Positions 38,865-47,822 of a stretch of DNA of 64,000 nucleotides are shown piece by piece. Origin of the DNA: Candidatus Multivoradales bacterium (GTDB taxonomy: Bacteria > Acidobacteriota > Thermoanaerobaculia > Multivoradales > JAHEKO01); assembly GCA_965223155.1 (NCBI GenBank), contig CBDCVR010000014.1:224001-288000 (forward strand). The letters are read 5' to 3'. The notes under the pieces are model-generated. The model did not search any database, was not told the DNA's origin, and saw nothing but the letters and a program-made list of their open reading frames with translations. The translations under genes and the position numbers were made by a program. The stretch's first letter is position 1. The number at the start of each line of letters is the position of its first letter.

Positions 38865-38960
38865 GCGACCTCCGTTTCTCGTCTCTAGGTTTGAACCCGA
38901 TCGATCTCTGCCTACTTTGATCTGGCTCCATCCAGGCTCCATCCGGGCTCAGCCGTGGGG

Positions 38961-38975
38961 CTACTCCGAGGTTGC
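38961..38975 (-). promoter_or_regulatory. Island operator motif, copy 4
   Basis: GCAACCTCGGAGTAG on the minus strand, ~100 bp upstream of paralog A. Confidence 0.6.
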
Positions 38976-39080
38976 GGATTTCCGCGATTGACGCCTGGAT
39001 CCGGGATCCCGGCACTCCTATCGCCGGTTGAGAGGCCAGTGGAAGGCAGGCGCAGGAGCCCCCGTGGGAAAGCCAGTTCA

Positions 39081-39095
39081 GCAACCTGGGAGAAG
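39081..39095 (+). promoter_or_regulatory. Island operator motif, copy 5
   Basis: GCAACCTGGGAGAAG; TAGCGT 20 bp downstream (39116-39121). Confidence 0.75.
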
Positions 39096-39264
39096 CTGCC
39101 GGTAGGGCAACGTCGTAGCGTCACGAACAATCCAACCCGCAAGGCTCACCGGGTCCCCGGTCGTCGACCGGTGAACGAGCCGATCCGGCGGCGAGGAGAC
39201 GTTAGACAAGCTGGGCGATATACCCAGAACGCAAGAAAAAGATTCTTCCAGGAAGGAGTCAGCG

Positions 39265-39891
39265 ATGACAAAGAGAGTTTCCAAAGCTGGCAGCGTCGCT
39301 TCGGCAGTCGCGATCTTGGTGGCCTGTTTCGTCGCCGCGCCGGTCGCCGCCGAACCGGATCCCGTGCAGTGGGACGCGCAGGCATCGAAGGAAGTCGCCG
39401 CAGCTCTGCACGAGATGCACGAAGTCTGGAACACCGGCGACATCGCCGCGCTCAAGGAGCTCCTGATCGGGGACGACGTGCTCGTCACCTTCGAGCTGGA
39501 TCCCGAGACGCACGAGCCGATCCGTTTGACTTCGAAGCAGGACCTCGACCGGTTCGTGGACGGCATCGTCACCGATCTGGACAAAGACCAGGCGGTGAGC
39601 CTGCTCGGCGACCCAGTGCTCAACTGCCGGGCCACGGCCAATTTCGGGGTCTGCACCGAGGAGTGCTCGGTGTCGGTCAAGACGCCGGACGGCGTCGAAG
39701 AACGGCATCGCCTCTGGTCCACCGCAACCGCCGTCAAGCAGGACGGCGGCTGGAAGTGGATCCAGTGGCACATGTCGATCGGTGGACCGGTCGAGCGCTA
39801 CAAGAACGGCGAGCGCGTCGCTTCCGTAGGCCGGTACACGTTTCTACCCGCAGGAGCTCGACTCGGCGCACCGAACTCGAAGGTCGAGTAG
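39265..39891 (+). CDS. Secreted NTF2/SnoaL-like protein
   Basis: Signal peptide, WNTGDIAALKEL, C-terminal TAVKQDGGWKWIQWHMS; RBS AAGGAG. Confidence 0.75.
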   Translation: MTKRVSKAGSVASAVAILVACFVAAPVAAEPDPVQWDAQASKEVAAALHEMHEVWNTGDIAALKELLIGDDVLVTFELDPETHEPIRLTSKQDLDRFVDGIVTDLDKDQAVSLLGDPVLNCRATANFGVCTEECSVSVKTPDGVEERHRLWSTATAVKQDGGWKWIQWHMSIGGPVERYKNGERVASVGRYTFLPAGARLGAPNSKVE

Positions 39892-39940
39892 GGCCCCTGA
39901 GCGCGCTCCAAGGGGCGCACCACCCAAGCGAGGAGATCCC

Positions 39941-41884
39941 ATGAGCGATCGATCCAACAAGCCCACCGCAACCCGACCCGGTCCACCGAGCGGCTACCGT
40001 GCCTTCGTACGATCCTCGATGGTGATCGCGGCTACGGTGGCGCTTTCGACGCTGGCCTGCACCAACGCCGGCAACGGCAGCGGAAACGGCGACCAGGGCG
40101 CCGGCGCCACCGCCGCGGCTACCGGCGGCAGCACTTCCGCAAGCCTGGCGGGGGGCACCGGCAAGGGACCGTGGTTCCGAACCCCTAACGGTTTCGCGGT
40201 CGAAGCCAACGGCCACATCGTAGTCGCCGATCTCGGCCGGCGAGCGATCCTCCGGGTCGATCCCGCCAACGGCAACCGGTCGATCGTCTCGGACGAGACC
40301 ACCGGCAGCGGACCCGAGCTCCAATCCCCGCTCAATATCGCGGTCGAAGCCAGCGGCACGCTTGCGGTTACCGACTCCGGCTTGCAGGCGGTCGTTCGAA
40401 TCGACCCTGCCTCGGGCGACCGAACCGTCGTCTCGGACTCCAGCCAGGGCAGCGGCCCCGCCTTTCAGTCGCCTCTCAACATCGACGTCGAGCCAAGCGG
40501 CTCACTCGTGGTGACCGACTTCGGACTCCTGTCGGTGGTTCGGGTGGATTCCTCGAGCGGCGATCGCACGATCGTGTCCGGCCCTCACCAGGGCTCGGGC
40601 GTCAAGTTCTCGGCTCCGCGCGGCATCGCCGTCGACGCCAGCGGCGGCTTGGCGGTCGCCGACTTCGGCCTGGACGCCGTCCTGCGAGTGGATCCCACCA
40701 GCGGCGACCGCACCGTCGTCTCTGACGCCTCGACCGGAAGTGGTCCGGCCCTTGACGGTCCCGCCGGCATCGACGTCACCTCCGGCGGCGACTTCCTGGT
40801 CTCGGATCTCGCCACCAAGGCCCTGATCCAAGTGGACGCGAGCACCGGCGATCGCACCACGATCTCGGACGCCAACCACGGCAGTGGGTCCGACTTCCTC
40901 TCGCCGATGGGTGTCGCGACCGCCGCCTCGATGCCTCTGGTCCTGGATTCGGGACTCGAGGCCATCGTCCAGGTAGACCCCAGCAGCGGCAACCGCGCCA
41001 TCGTGTCCCAGAGTCACGAGACCGGCGATCCGGCCTTCGCCATTCCCGTTGGGATCGCGGTCGAAGGCAGTGGGGATCTGGTGGTCGCGGACGCCGGGCT
41101 CAACGCCGTCATTCGCGTCGACGCGGCCACCGGCGATCGTTCGGTGGTCTCCGACGCCAGCCGCGGCTCGGGCTTGCCGCTCGAGGGCCCCGACGGCATC
41201 GCGGTCGAAGCCAGCGGCAGCTTGATCCTCGTCGAGGGCGGCGCCGGCCAGGTGGCGGTTGTCCGTATCGATCCCCAAAGCGGTGACCGCACGGTCGTCT
41301 CCGACTCCTCGACCGGTTCGGGCCCGGATCTCGAGACTCCCTCGGGCATCGCGGTCGACGGCAGCGGCCAGCTCCTCGTCGTCGACGACGGCCTGGACGC
41401 AGTCGTCCAAGTGGATCCCGCGACCGGCGACCGTTCGATCGTCTCCGACCAGAGCGTCGGCACCGGACCCGACTTCGAGTCCCCGCCGAATCTTGACGTC
41501 GAGTCGGCCGGATCGCTCGTGGTCACGGACTCCGCCCGTATCGCGGTGTTCCGCGTGGACGTCGCCTCCGGGGATCGATCGATCCTGTCCGATTCTTCGA
41601 CGGGGTCGGGACCCGATTTTCAGTCGCCCCTGGATCTCGCCATCGAGAGCTCGGGAGGTATCTTGCTGACCGACTTCGGGCGCAAAGCCGTGCTACGGGT
41701 AGACCCCACCAGCGGCGACCGGTCGATCGTGTCCGACGCAAGCACGGGCAGCGGCCCTAACTTCCAGGCCCCGCTGGATCTAGCCGTCGAGGCGAGCGGC
41801 GACATCGTGGTCGTCGACGCCGGACTCGAGGCTGTCGTCCGAGTCGAGGCGTCGACGGGAGATCGGGCGATCCTCAGTCAGTAG
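39941..41884 (+). CDS. Lipoprotein with 12 NHL-like repeats (probably two 6-bladed propellers)
   Basis: LAC lipobox; ~47-aa unit P.GIAVEASG.LVV.D.GL.AVVRVDP.SGDR.IVSD.STGSGP.F counted 12 times. Confidence 0.85.
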   Translation: MSDRSNKPTATRPGPPSGYRAFVRSSMVIAATVALSTLACTNAGNGSGNGDQGAGATAAATGGSTSASLAGGTGKGPWFRTPNGFAVEANGHIVVADLGRRAILRVDPANGNRSIVSDETTGSGPELQSPLNIAVEASGTLAVTDSGLQAVVRIDPASGDRTVVSDSSQGSGPAFQSPLNIDVEPSGSLVVTDFGLLSVVRVDSSSGDRTIVSGPHQGSGVKFSAPRGIAVDASGGLAVADFGLDAVLRVDPTSGDRTVVSDASTGSGPALDGPAGIDVTSGGDFLVSDLATKALIQVDASTGDRTTISDANHGSGSDFLSPMGVATAASMPLVLDSGLEAIVQVDPSSGNRAIVSQSHETGDPAFAIPVGIAVEGSGDLVVADAGLNAVIRVDAATGDRSVVSDASRGSGLPLEGPDGIAVEASGSLILVEGGAGQVAVVRIDPQSGDRTVVSDSSTGSGPDLETPSGIAVDGSGQLLVVDDGLDAVVQVDPATGDRSIVSDQSVGTGPDFESPPNLDVESAGSLVVTDSARIAVFRVDVASGDRSILSDSSTGSGPDFQSPLDLAIESSGGILLTDFGRKAVLRVDPTSGDRSIVSDASTGSGPNFQAPLDLAVEASGDIVVVDAGLEAVVRVEASTGDRAILSQ

Positions 41885-41890
41885 CGTCGG

Positions 41891-42265
<375 letters not shown>

Positions 42266-42414
42266 ACTGCACCGTCCTTTCTGGCATCGCGCCGTATCCG
42301 TCCCCGAGCTCGAAACCGCAGGCGCGGGGGCCTGAGCTCACACCGGCTACCGGCTGGGGCCACCCATCTGAGCTATCGCGGGCGACTCCCCCCGCAACCG
42401 GACGCGCGGTTCCG

Positions 42415-44130
42415 ATGAGACGGGTGGTGGTGATTGGCGCCAGCATAGCAGGCGGCATGGCCGCCTCCTATCTCAAGGTCCGCTCGCCCGATCTGGACGT
42501 CGTCGTCTTAGACCGCGACCGGCGCGAGGCGCCCATCGTCGGCGAGTCCCTGACCGAGCTGAGCACGCGCACCCTGCACGAGATCGGCCTTGCCTCGCAT
42601 TTGGAACGGCACCAGTTGCCCAAGTATGGGCTCACCTTTCACTTCCGGGAGTCGGCCGGCGCAGCTCATGGCCGCCGCTACGCCACCCACGAGGCGCCCC
42701 GGTTGCCGCCGATGCCGTCGAATCAGATCAACCGATTCACCTTCGATCGCCGGTTGCGCCGGCGCGCGCGCGAGTTGGGCGTGCGGATCCTGGAAGGCAC
42801 CGCCCGGAACGCCCGCTTCGGCCCTGACGGAGAGCACCGGATTCGGTACGTGGACGGCGACGGGGGCCAGGCCGAGCTCGAAGCCTCCTGGGTTCTCGAC
42901 GCCAGCGGCCGCAACCGCTTTCTGGCCCGAAAGCTCGGCCTGCGCCGGGAGTCGCGGCTTCAGCGCTCGGTCTTCTGGTTCCGTCTCCAGGGATTCGAGC
43001 GAAGCGCTCTCGACGAGCTGCCCACGGTCAAGCCGCCCCAGCACTGCTTCGACTCGTACTACGCAACGCACCACTTCTTCGGCAGGCACAACTGGGTCTG
43101 GGCGATTCCGCTGCACCCGGGACCCGACGGCGAGGAGCTCATGAGCGTCGGCATCGTCTACCGCCCGGACCTCTTCGCGGGCGAGATCTCCTCGGTCCAG
43201 GACTTTCTCGATCAGGTCGATCAGGAGCATCCTGCGCTGGCGCGACTGGTCCGAAGCGGCCGGGTTCTGGACACCAACGCCTACCGCAACTACCTCTACG
43301 AATGCAGCCGGTGCTACGGCGGCGAGGGCTGGTTCCTGGTGGGCGACGCCGGCGACGCGGTCGACCCCCTGTACAGCACCGGGCTGGCCCTGACCGCGCT
43401 GCAAATCCGGCAAGTGGCGGCGGTGATCGAGCGGGCTCTCTCCGGACGACCCGTGGCCGGACTCTGCCGGGACCTCGAGGCCGCCTACAAGGCGGTCCGG
43501 GACGCTCTACAGAACGAGATCTCGTCGCTCTACGAAGTCATGGATGATCCCTATCAGAGCCACCTGCGCATGCACCTGTCGTCGGCCGTCTATTTCTTCT
43601 TCTTGCTGCCGTTCTGGCTCACCGGCTATGCCACCTCCGGCCCGGAGGCTCGCTTGACGGCCCGCCTGCTCGAGCGCGAGCAGGCGCCGTTCGAATCGCT
43701 GCGGACGCTGCTGGCCAAGGCCTCCGCGCGCCTGGGTCCCCAGCCGGCCGAGGCAATTCGCAACCGGTACCAGGCAACCGTCAATTGGGATCTCTCCGGC
43801 CCTTGCGAGCGCGAGCTCCCCCGCTACCTGGCGCGGTTGTGCCGGCTTTGCGCCGGCGTCCGGTTCGAGGCCCTGCGGGCTTCGGGATGGCACCGCTGGT
43901 GGCACCATGTACCGCTGGCCGTCGCCGACCTGGCCAAGGCCGCGGTTCTGGCCGGTCCCCTGCGGCGCGTCCGTCTCGGCCGGCTCGCCAGCCTGGCCGG
44001 CCCGTCTCGAGAGCCAAGCCCTTCCGCCCACCCTTCTCCCCGGCTCCAGCCCGCCCGAGCGATCGGAGCCAGAGGAGCCAGAGGAGCCAGCGGAGCCGCC
44101 GGAACCGCCGGAACCGCCGGAGCCGAGTGA
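42415..44130 (+). CDS. Flavin-dependent halogenase family protein
   Basis: VVVIGASIAG, VGESL, LPKYG (Lys at the catalytic position), DASGR, WVWAIPL (WxWxIP), GDA...DPLYSTG. Confidence 0.8.
   Translation: MRRVVVIGASIAGGMAASYLKVRSPDLDVVVLDRDRREAPIVGESLTELSTRTLHEIGLASHLERHQLPKYGLTFHFRESAGAAHGRRYATHEAPRLPPMPSNQINRFTFDRRLRRRARELGVRILEGTARNARFGPDGEHRIRYVDGDGGQAELEASWVLDASGRNRFLARKLGLRRESRLQRSVFWFRLQGFERSALDELPTVKPPQHCFDSYYATHHFFGRHNWVWAIPLHPGPDGEELMSVGIVYRPDLFAGEISSVQDFLDQVDQEHPALARLVRSGRVLDTNAYRNYLYECSRCYGGEGWFLVGDAGDAVDPLYSTGLALTALQIRQVAAVIERALSGRPVAGLCRDLEAAYKAVRDALQNEISSLYEVMDDPYQSHLRMHLSSAVYFFFLLPFWLTGYATSGPEARLTARLLEREQAPFESLRTLLAKASARLGPQPAEAIRNRYQATVNWDLSGPCERELPRYLARLCRLCAGVRFEALRASGWHRWWHHVPLAVADLAKAAVLAGPLRRVRLGRLASLAGPSREPSPSAHPSPRLQPARAIGARGARGASGAAGTAGTAGAE
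44065..44127 (+). repeat. Degenerate 9-bp tandem repeat GGA(G/A)CC(AGA/GCC) x7
   Basis: Read directly, at the halogenase 3' end (GARGARGASGAAGTAGTAGAE). Confidence 0.85.
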
Positions 44131-44201
44131 AGTGCGTCGAGCTCGGCATCCGTCGCTGGGGCCGCGGGCAGAGTCCACCACGGGCGGATCCTGGTAGAGC
44201 G

Positions 44202-45068
44202 ATGTCGCTGGTCGGCACCATCCTGCGAGAGACCTTCGCTCGACGGCCGCTGGACCGCGTTCCAGAGCCCGAGCTGGTGACGACCGCGCCCGACGCGGTC
44301 TCGGCCTTCGCCGCGGCCGGGCGGGCGGGCGGCGTCCTGTCCGGTGTCTACGCCTTCCTGGCCGAACAGGCCGGACGCTTGATCCGGCCCGGCGACCGCG
44401 TCCTGGATCTGGGTTGTGGTCCGGCCACGCTCTTGAGCGACATCGCCGGCCGCCATCCGCGGGCCGCCTTCGTCGGCGTCGATCTGTCCTCGGAGATGAT
44501 CGAACGGGGCCGGCGCGAGCTCCGCACCCACGGCCGAACCAACGTCGAGCTCCGAGTCGAGGACATGACACGGCTGGACTCGACCGCCTCCGGCTCGATC
44601 GACGTGGTGCTTTCCTCGATGGCCTTCCACCATCTCGCCGGCGACGCCGATCTGCGCCGCTGCCTGGCCGCGGCCGCGCGCGTCATGAAACCGGCGGCCG
44701 AGATGTTCGTCGCCGACTTCGGCCGGCTCGGAAGCGCGCGCTCGATCGACTATTTCGTGCGGCGGGCCATCCCCGCCGGTGAGGATGAGCTCGCCCGCGA
44801 CTACCGCGCGTCACTCCACGCGGCGTTCACCCCGGCCGAGCTCTGGAGCTCCGTGCCCGCCGCGCTCCGGCCTCGCCTGGCTGTCTACTCGACCGCGGTA
44901 AGTCCGATGATGGTCGCCTTGCGAACCCGGGGCACCGGCGGCCCGACGCCGGCTCGAACGGCAAACGGCGACCGGAACGAAAAGCGGTCCGGGAACCTTC
45001 CTTGGAGGCGCCGGCTCGATTACTGGCAGCTCCGGCTCTTCTTCCGCATGGGAGGGCTGCCTGGCTGA
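44202..45068 (+). CDS. Class I SAM-dependent methyltransferase
   Basis: RVPEP, VLDLGCGP, GVDLS, AFHHL, SLHAAFT. Start may extend to GTG 44127. Confidence 0.85.
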   Translation: MSLVGTILRETFARRPLDRVPEPELVTTAPDAVSAFAAAGRAGGVLSGVYAFLAEQAGRLIRPGDRVLDLGCGPATLLSDIAGRHPRAAFVGVDLSSEMIERGRRELRTHGRTNVELRVEDMTRLDSTASGSIDVVLSSMAFHHLAGDADLRRCLAAAARVMKPAAEMFVADFGRLGSARSIDYFVRRAIPAGEDELARDYRASLHAAFTPAELWSSVPAALRPRLAVYSTAVSPMMVALRTRGTGGPTPARTANGDRNEKRSGNLPWRRRLDYWQLRLFFRMGGLPG

Positions 45069-46672
45069 TGGCTCGTTCGCGGGAGACGGGACCTGGCCGA
45101 GACGCGTGGCGGCACGCCATCCGGTGCTGGCGCGAGGCTCTCGGCGCGCACCGCCTCGACCGGAACACCGAGCGCTACAACCGAGACACCGGCTCTCGAA
45201 CCGGCACCATCCCCGTGGCTCTGCGCCCGGCCAAGATCGCGCACGTCCAGGCCATCCTCGAGATCGCCAATCGGTTCTGCGTCCCCGTCTATCCGGTGAG
45301 CACCGGGCACAATTGGGGCTACGGCACCTCGGTGCCGGTGCGCTCGCCAAGCGCCATCATGGACCTCGGGGGCATGCGTCGCATCCTGAGCTTTGACACC
45401 GCTTTGGGGGCGGTCACCCTCGAACCGGGGGTAACGCAGCAGGGACTTCGCCGCTACCTCGATCGGGAGGCCCTGCCCTTCCTGGTCCCGGTGACCGGGG
45501 CCGGTCCCGATTGCAGCGTCCTCGCCAACGCTTTCGAGCGGGGCTTCGGCATCACGCCCGTCGTGGATCACTTCGCGGCCGTCCTCTCCCTGCGCGCCGT
45601 GCTTCCGGACGGCTCCCTCTACGAGTCGCCGTTCCGCAGTTTTCCCGGGGCGGGCACGGCCGCAGCCTATAAGTGGGGCACGGGTCCCCACCTGGACGCA
45701 CTCTTCTCGCAGTCCGGTCTCGGCATCGTGGTGGACGCCACCATCGCACTCAGGCCGAAGTCCGATTGCCGGGCCGCGCTTCTCTTTACGCTGAGCTCGG
45801 GCGACCGGTTGGAAGCCGCCAGCTCGCGTGTCGGGGACCTGCTCGAAGCCGCCGGCGGCCACGTCGCGGCGGTCAACCTGATGAGCCGCGGCCGCCTTCT
45901 GGCGATGGCCCGGGGCGCCGGACGCCTTCGCGGCTCGCAAACCGAGGCCGAATCCCCGGATCCGCCGGGTGGCGCCTGGTTCGGACTCGGCTCGATCTAC
46001 TGCCCGCGTACCGCGCTCCGCACCACCCGGCGCCTCATCCGGCGCCACCTAGGCGGGTGCGCTTCAAACCTCCGCATCCTGACTCCGGGCCGCGCCGCGA
46101 TGCTGGCGCGGCTTGGAGAGTTGGGCGGACGGCTCGGCCTTTCCCGGTCGAGCGCGTCCACTCGACAGATCCGGGCCGTCTTCGACATTCTCGACGGCCG
46201 GCCCACGCGGTTCGCCCTGCCGCTCGCCTATGCCGGCTCGGGCGCCGCCGCCGACCGCACCGATCTCGACCCCGCCCGGGACGGCTGCGGCCTTTCCTGG
46301 TACTCCCCGATCGTGCCGTCCCGCCCCGGCAACGTGACGCGGTTCGTGCAGCTGGTGGCGGCCTGCTGCTCGTCCTTCGGCTTCGCGGCCCCCATCACCT
46401 TGACCACGCTCTCGCCCCGGACATTCGCCGCCACCGTGCCGATTCTGTTCGATCGCGAGGATCCCGCTGCCGAGCAGCGGGCGCGGGACTGCCTCGAAGC
46501 GCTATGCGACCGGGGCCTAGCCGAAGGCTTCGTACCGTACCGGCTCGGTCCGCAGCTCATGAATCGCTTCCTGCCTGGGAGCGGGGCGGGACCGCTTGCC
46601 GCCCGCCTCAAGGAGCTGTTGGACCCCAACGGCATCCTGGCGCCGGGCCGATACGCCAGGGCCGAGCCGTAG
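45068..46672 (+). CDS. FAD-binding oxidase (VAO/p-cresol methylhydroxylase family)
   Basis: YPVSTGHNWGYG, LEPGVT, NAFERGFG, GP.LD.LFSQS.LGIV, PYR, LDPNGILAPGRY. Confidence 0.88.
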   Translation: MARSRETGPGRDAWRHAIRCWREALGAHRLDRNTERYNRDTGSRTGTIPVALRPAKIAHVQAILEIANRFCVPVYPVSTGHNWGYGTSVPVRSPSAIMDLGGMRRILSFDTALGAVTLEPGVTQQGLRRYLDREALPFLVPVTGAGPDCSVLANAFERGFGITPVVDHFAAVLSLRAVLPDGSLYESPFRSFPGAGTAAAYKWGTGPHLDALFSQSGLGIVVDATIALRPKSDCRAALLFTLSSGDRLEAASSRVGDLLEAAGGHVAAVNLMSRGRLLAMARGAGRLRGSQTEAESPDPPGGAWFGLGSIYCPRTALRTTRRLIRRHLGGCASNLRILTPGRAAMLARLGELGGRLGLSRSSASTRQIRAVFDILDGRPTRFALPLAYAGSGAAADRTDLDPARDGCGLSWYSPIVPSRPGNVTRFVQLVAACCSSFGFAAPITLTTLSPRTFAATVPILFDREDPAAEQRARDCLEALCDRGLAEGFVPYRLGPQLMNRFLPGSGAGPLAARLKELLDPNGILAPGRYARAEP

Positions 46673-46770
46673 GCCCGGCCGCGCCGCGCCGGCCCAGGTC
46701 CTCCGCCTTCTCCCGCGCCCCTCTCGGAAGACCGGTAGACCCGCCGCGCCAAGGCGGGATTGGCAAATTA

Positions 46771-46785
46771 GCAGTACCGGAGAAG
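46771..46785 (+). promoter_or_regulatory. Island operator motif, copy 6
   Basis: TTA-GCAGTACCGGAGAAG; TTCAAT 20 bp downstream. Confidence 0.72.
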
Positions 46786-46862
46786 ACGTTTTCCGGGCCC
46801 TGGGCTTCAATGACAGACACCCTCAAAGCTCTGGCTTCATTACGGACTCAAGGAGACGAACA

Positions 46863-47822
46863 ATGAAAGGCTACCTACGCGCTGCTTCGATCTGTTTGCT
46901 GGCAACGGTCTTCGCGACCGGGTGCCAAAGTCTCGATTCAGGATCCACGGTGGAGAGCCGCCCGAGCGCGAGCGAGGCGGTCGGCACCCTCGCCACCATC
47001 TTGAACGTGGAGCTCGAAGCCTGTGAATCTCGGATCCCGGCCGTCGCCCAAGAGAGCGTCACGACGTTTTCGGAGGATCGGATCAAGAAGACGCTCCACG
47101 GCGTTTGGAAGGGCCGGGTCTCCGGCGAGTACGACGAAAAGTTTCTTGCCGAGGACGGGTACCTGAACGTCGACTACTACATGGTGGTGGATACCGAACG
47201 CTCCGAGGTTCTCGTGATCGAACAGTTCTCGGACGAACGTTCAGCACCCGAGGCTTCCGCCGAGCTCCGCGCTGCCGGCAAGCTGCCGGTCTGGTCGTAT
47301 CTGATGTGCGGCAAGGAACAGTACAAGCCAGCCCACCCGCGGCAGATCCACGAGTTCCAGAAGGTTTCGAACGACACCGACGACGCCCGCGGCCTGCTGG
47401 GGAACTCGACCGGGCTCCGCATCGCCGATGCCGACTTCAAGGAACGCGGCCTGGTGATCTCCGACGCCTGGGAACAGCTCGTCGCCGGTCAGTACTTCGA
47501 CAACCGGCGCTTCCCGGCCTACGCCGGGGGCCTGTTCAAGCCCTTCGAGATCCGAAACAAGGTCAACGACCGGGGCGTCGGCGTCTTCGAGATGCGCTTC
47601 GACACCGAGCTGCGCGGCGGCGGCGGCACCGCCGCCGAGTTCGAGTCGGGCGTCCCCATCCACGGCTGGGAGACGGGCCAGTTCGTCGGCGTCTCGACCG
47701 GATCAGGAGACTTCTTGATCGCCTCGGCCAGCAATGGGGCCGAGTGGAAGAAGGTCTCCACCTCCGGCGGCATCATCGACGTGTTCTTCGAGAAAGTCGT
47801 CATCGGCCCGCTGGCCGAGTGA
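46863..47822 (+). CDS. Unknown lipoprotein, paralog B
   Basis: RBS AAGGAG, ATG 46863, ATGC lipobox; shares motif blocks with 37854-38864. Confidence 0.8.
   Translation: MKGYLRAASICLLATVFATGCQSLDSGSTVESRPSASEAVGTLATILNVELEACESRIPAVAQESVTTFSEDRIKKTLHGVWKGRVSGEYDEKFLAEDGYLNVDYYMVVDTERSEVLVIEQFSDERSAPEASAELRAAGKLPVWSYLMCGKEQYKPAHPRQIHEFQKVSNDTDDARGLLGNSTGLRIADADFKERGLVISDAWEQLVAGQYFDNRRFPAYAGGLFKPFEIRNKVNDRGVGVFEMRFDTELRGGGGTAAEFESGVPIHGWETGQFVGVSTGSGDFLIASASNGAEWKKVSTSGGIIDVFFEKVVIGPLAE

Noticed and set aside
40170-41880. Regular DNA periodicity resembling a CRISPR array
   Set aside because: Degenerate coding repeats of ~141-144 bp with no identical repeats or unique spacers, and no cas genes.
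47105-47818. N-terminal extension of the 1054-aa ORF
   Set aside because: Overlaps lipoprotein paralog B; the DUF1553 gene most likely starts at GTG 47819.
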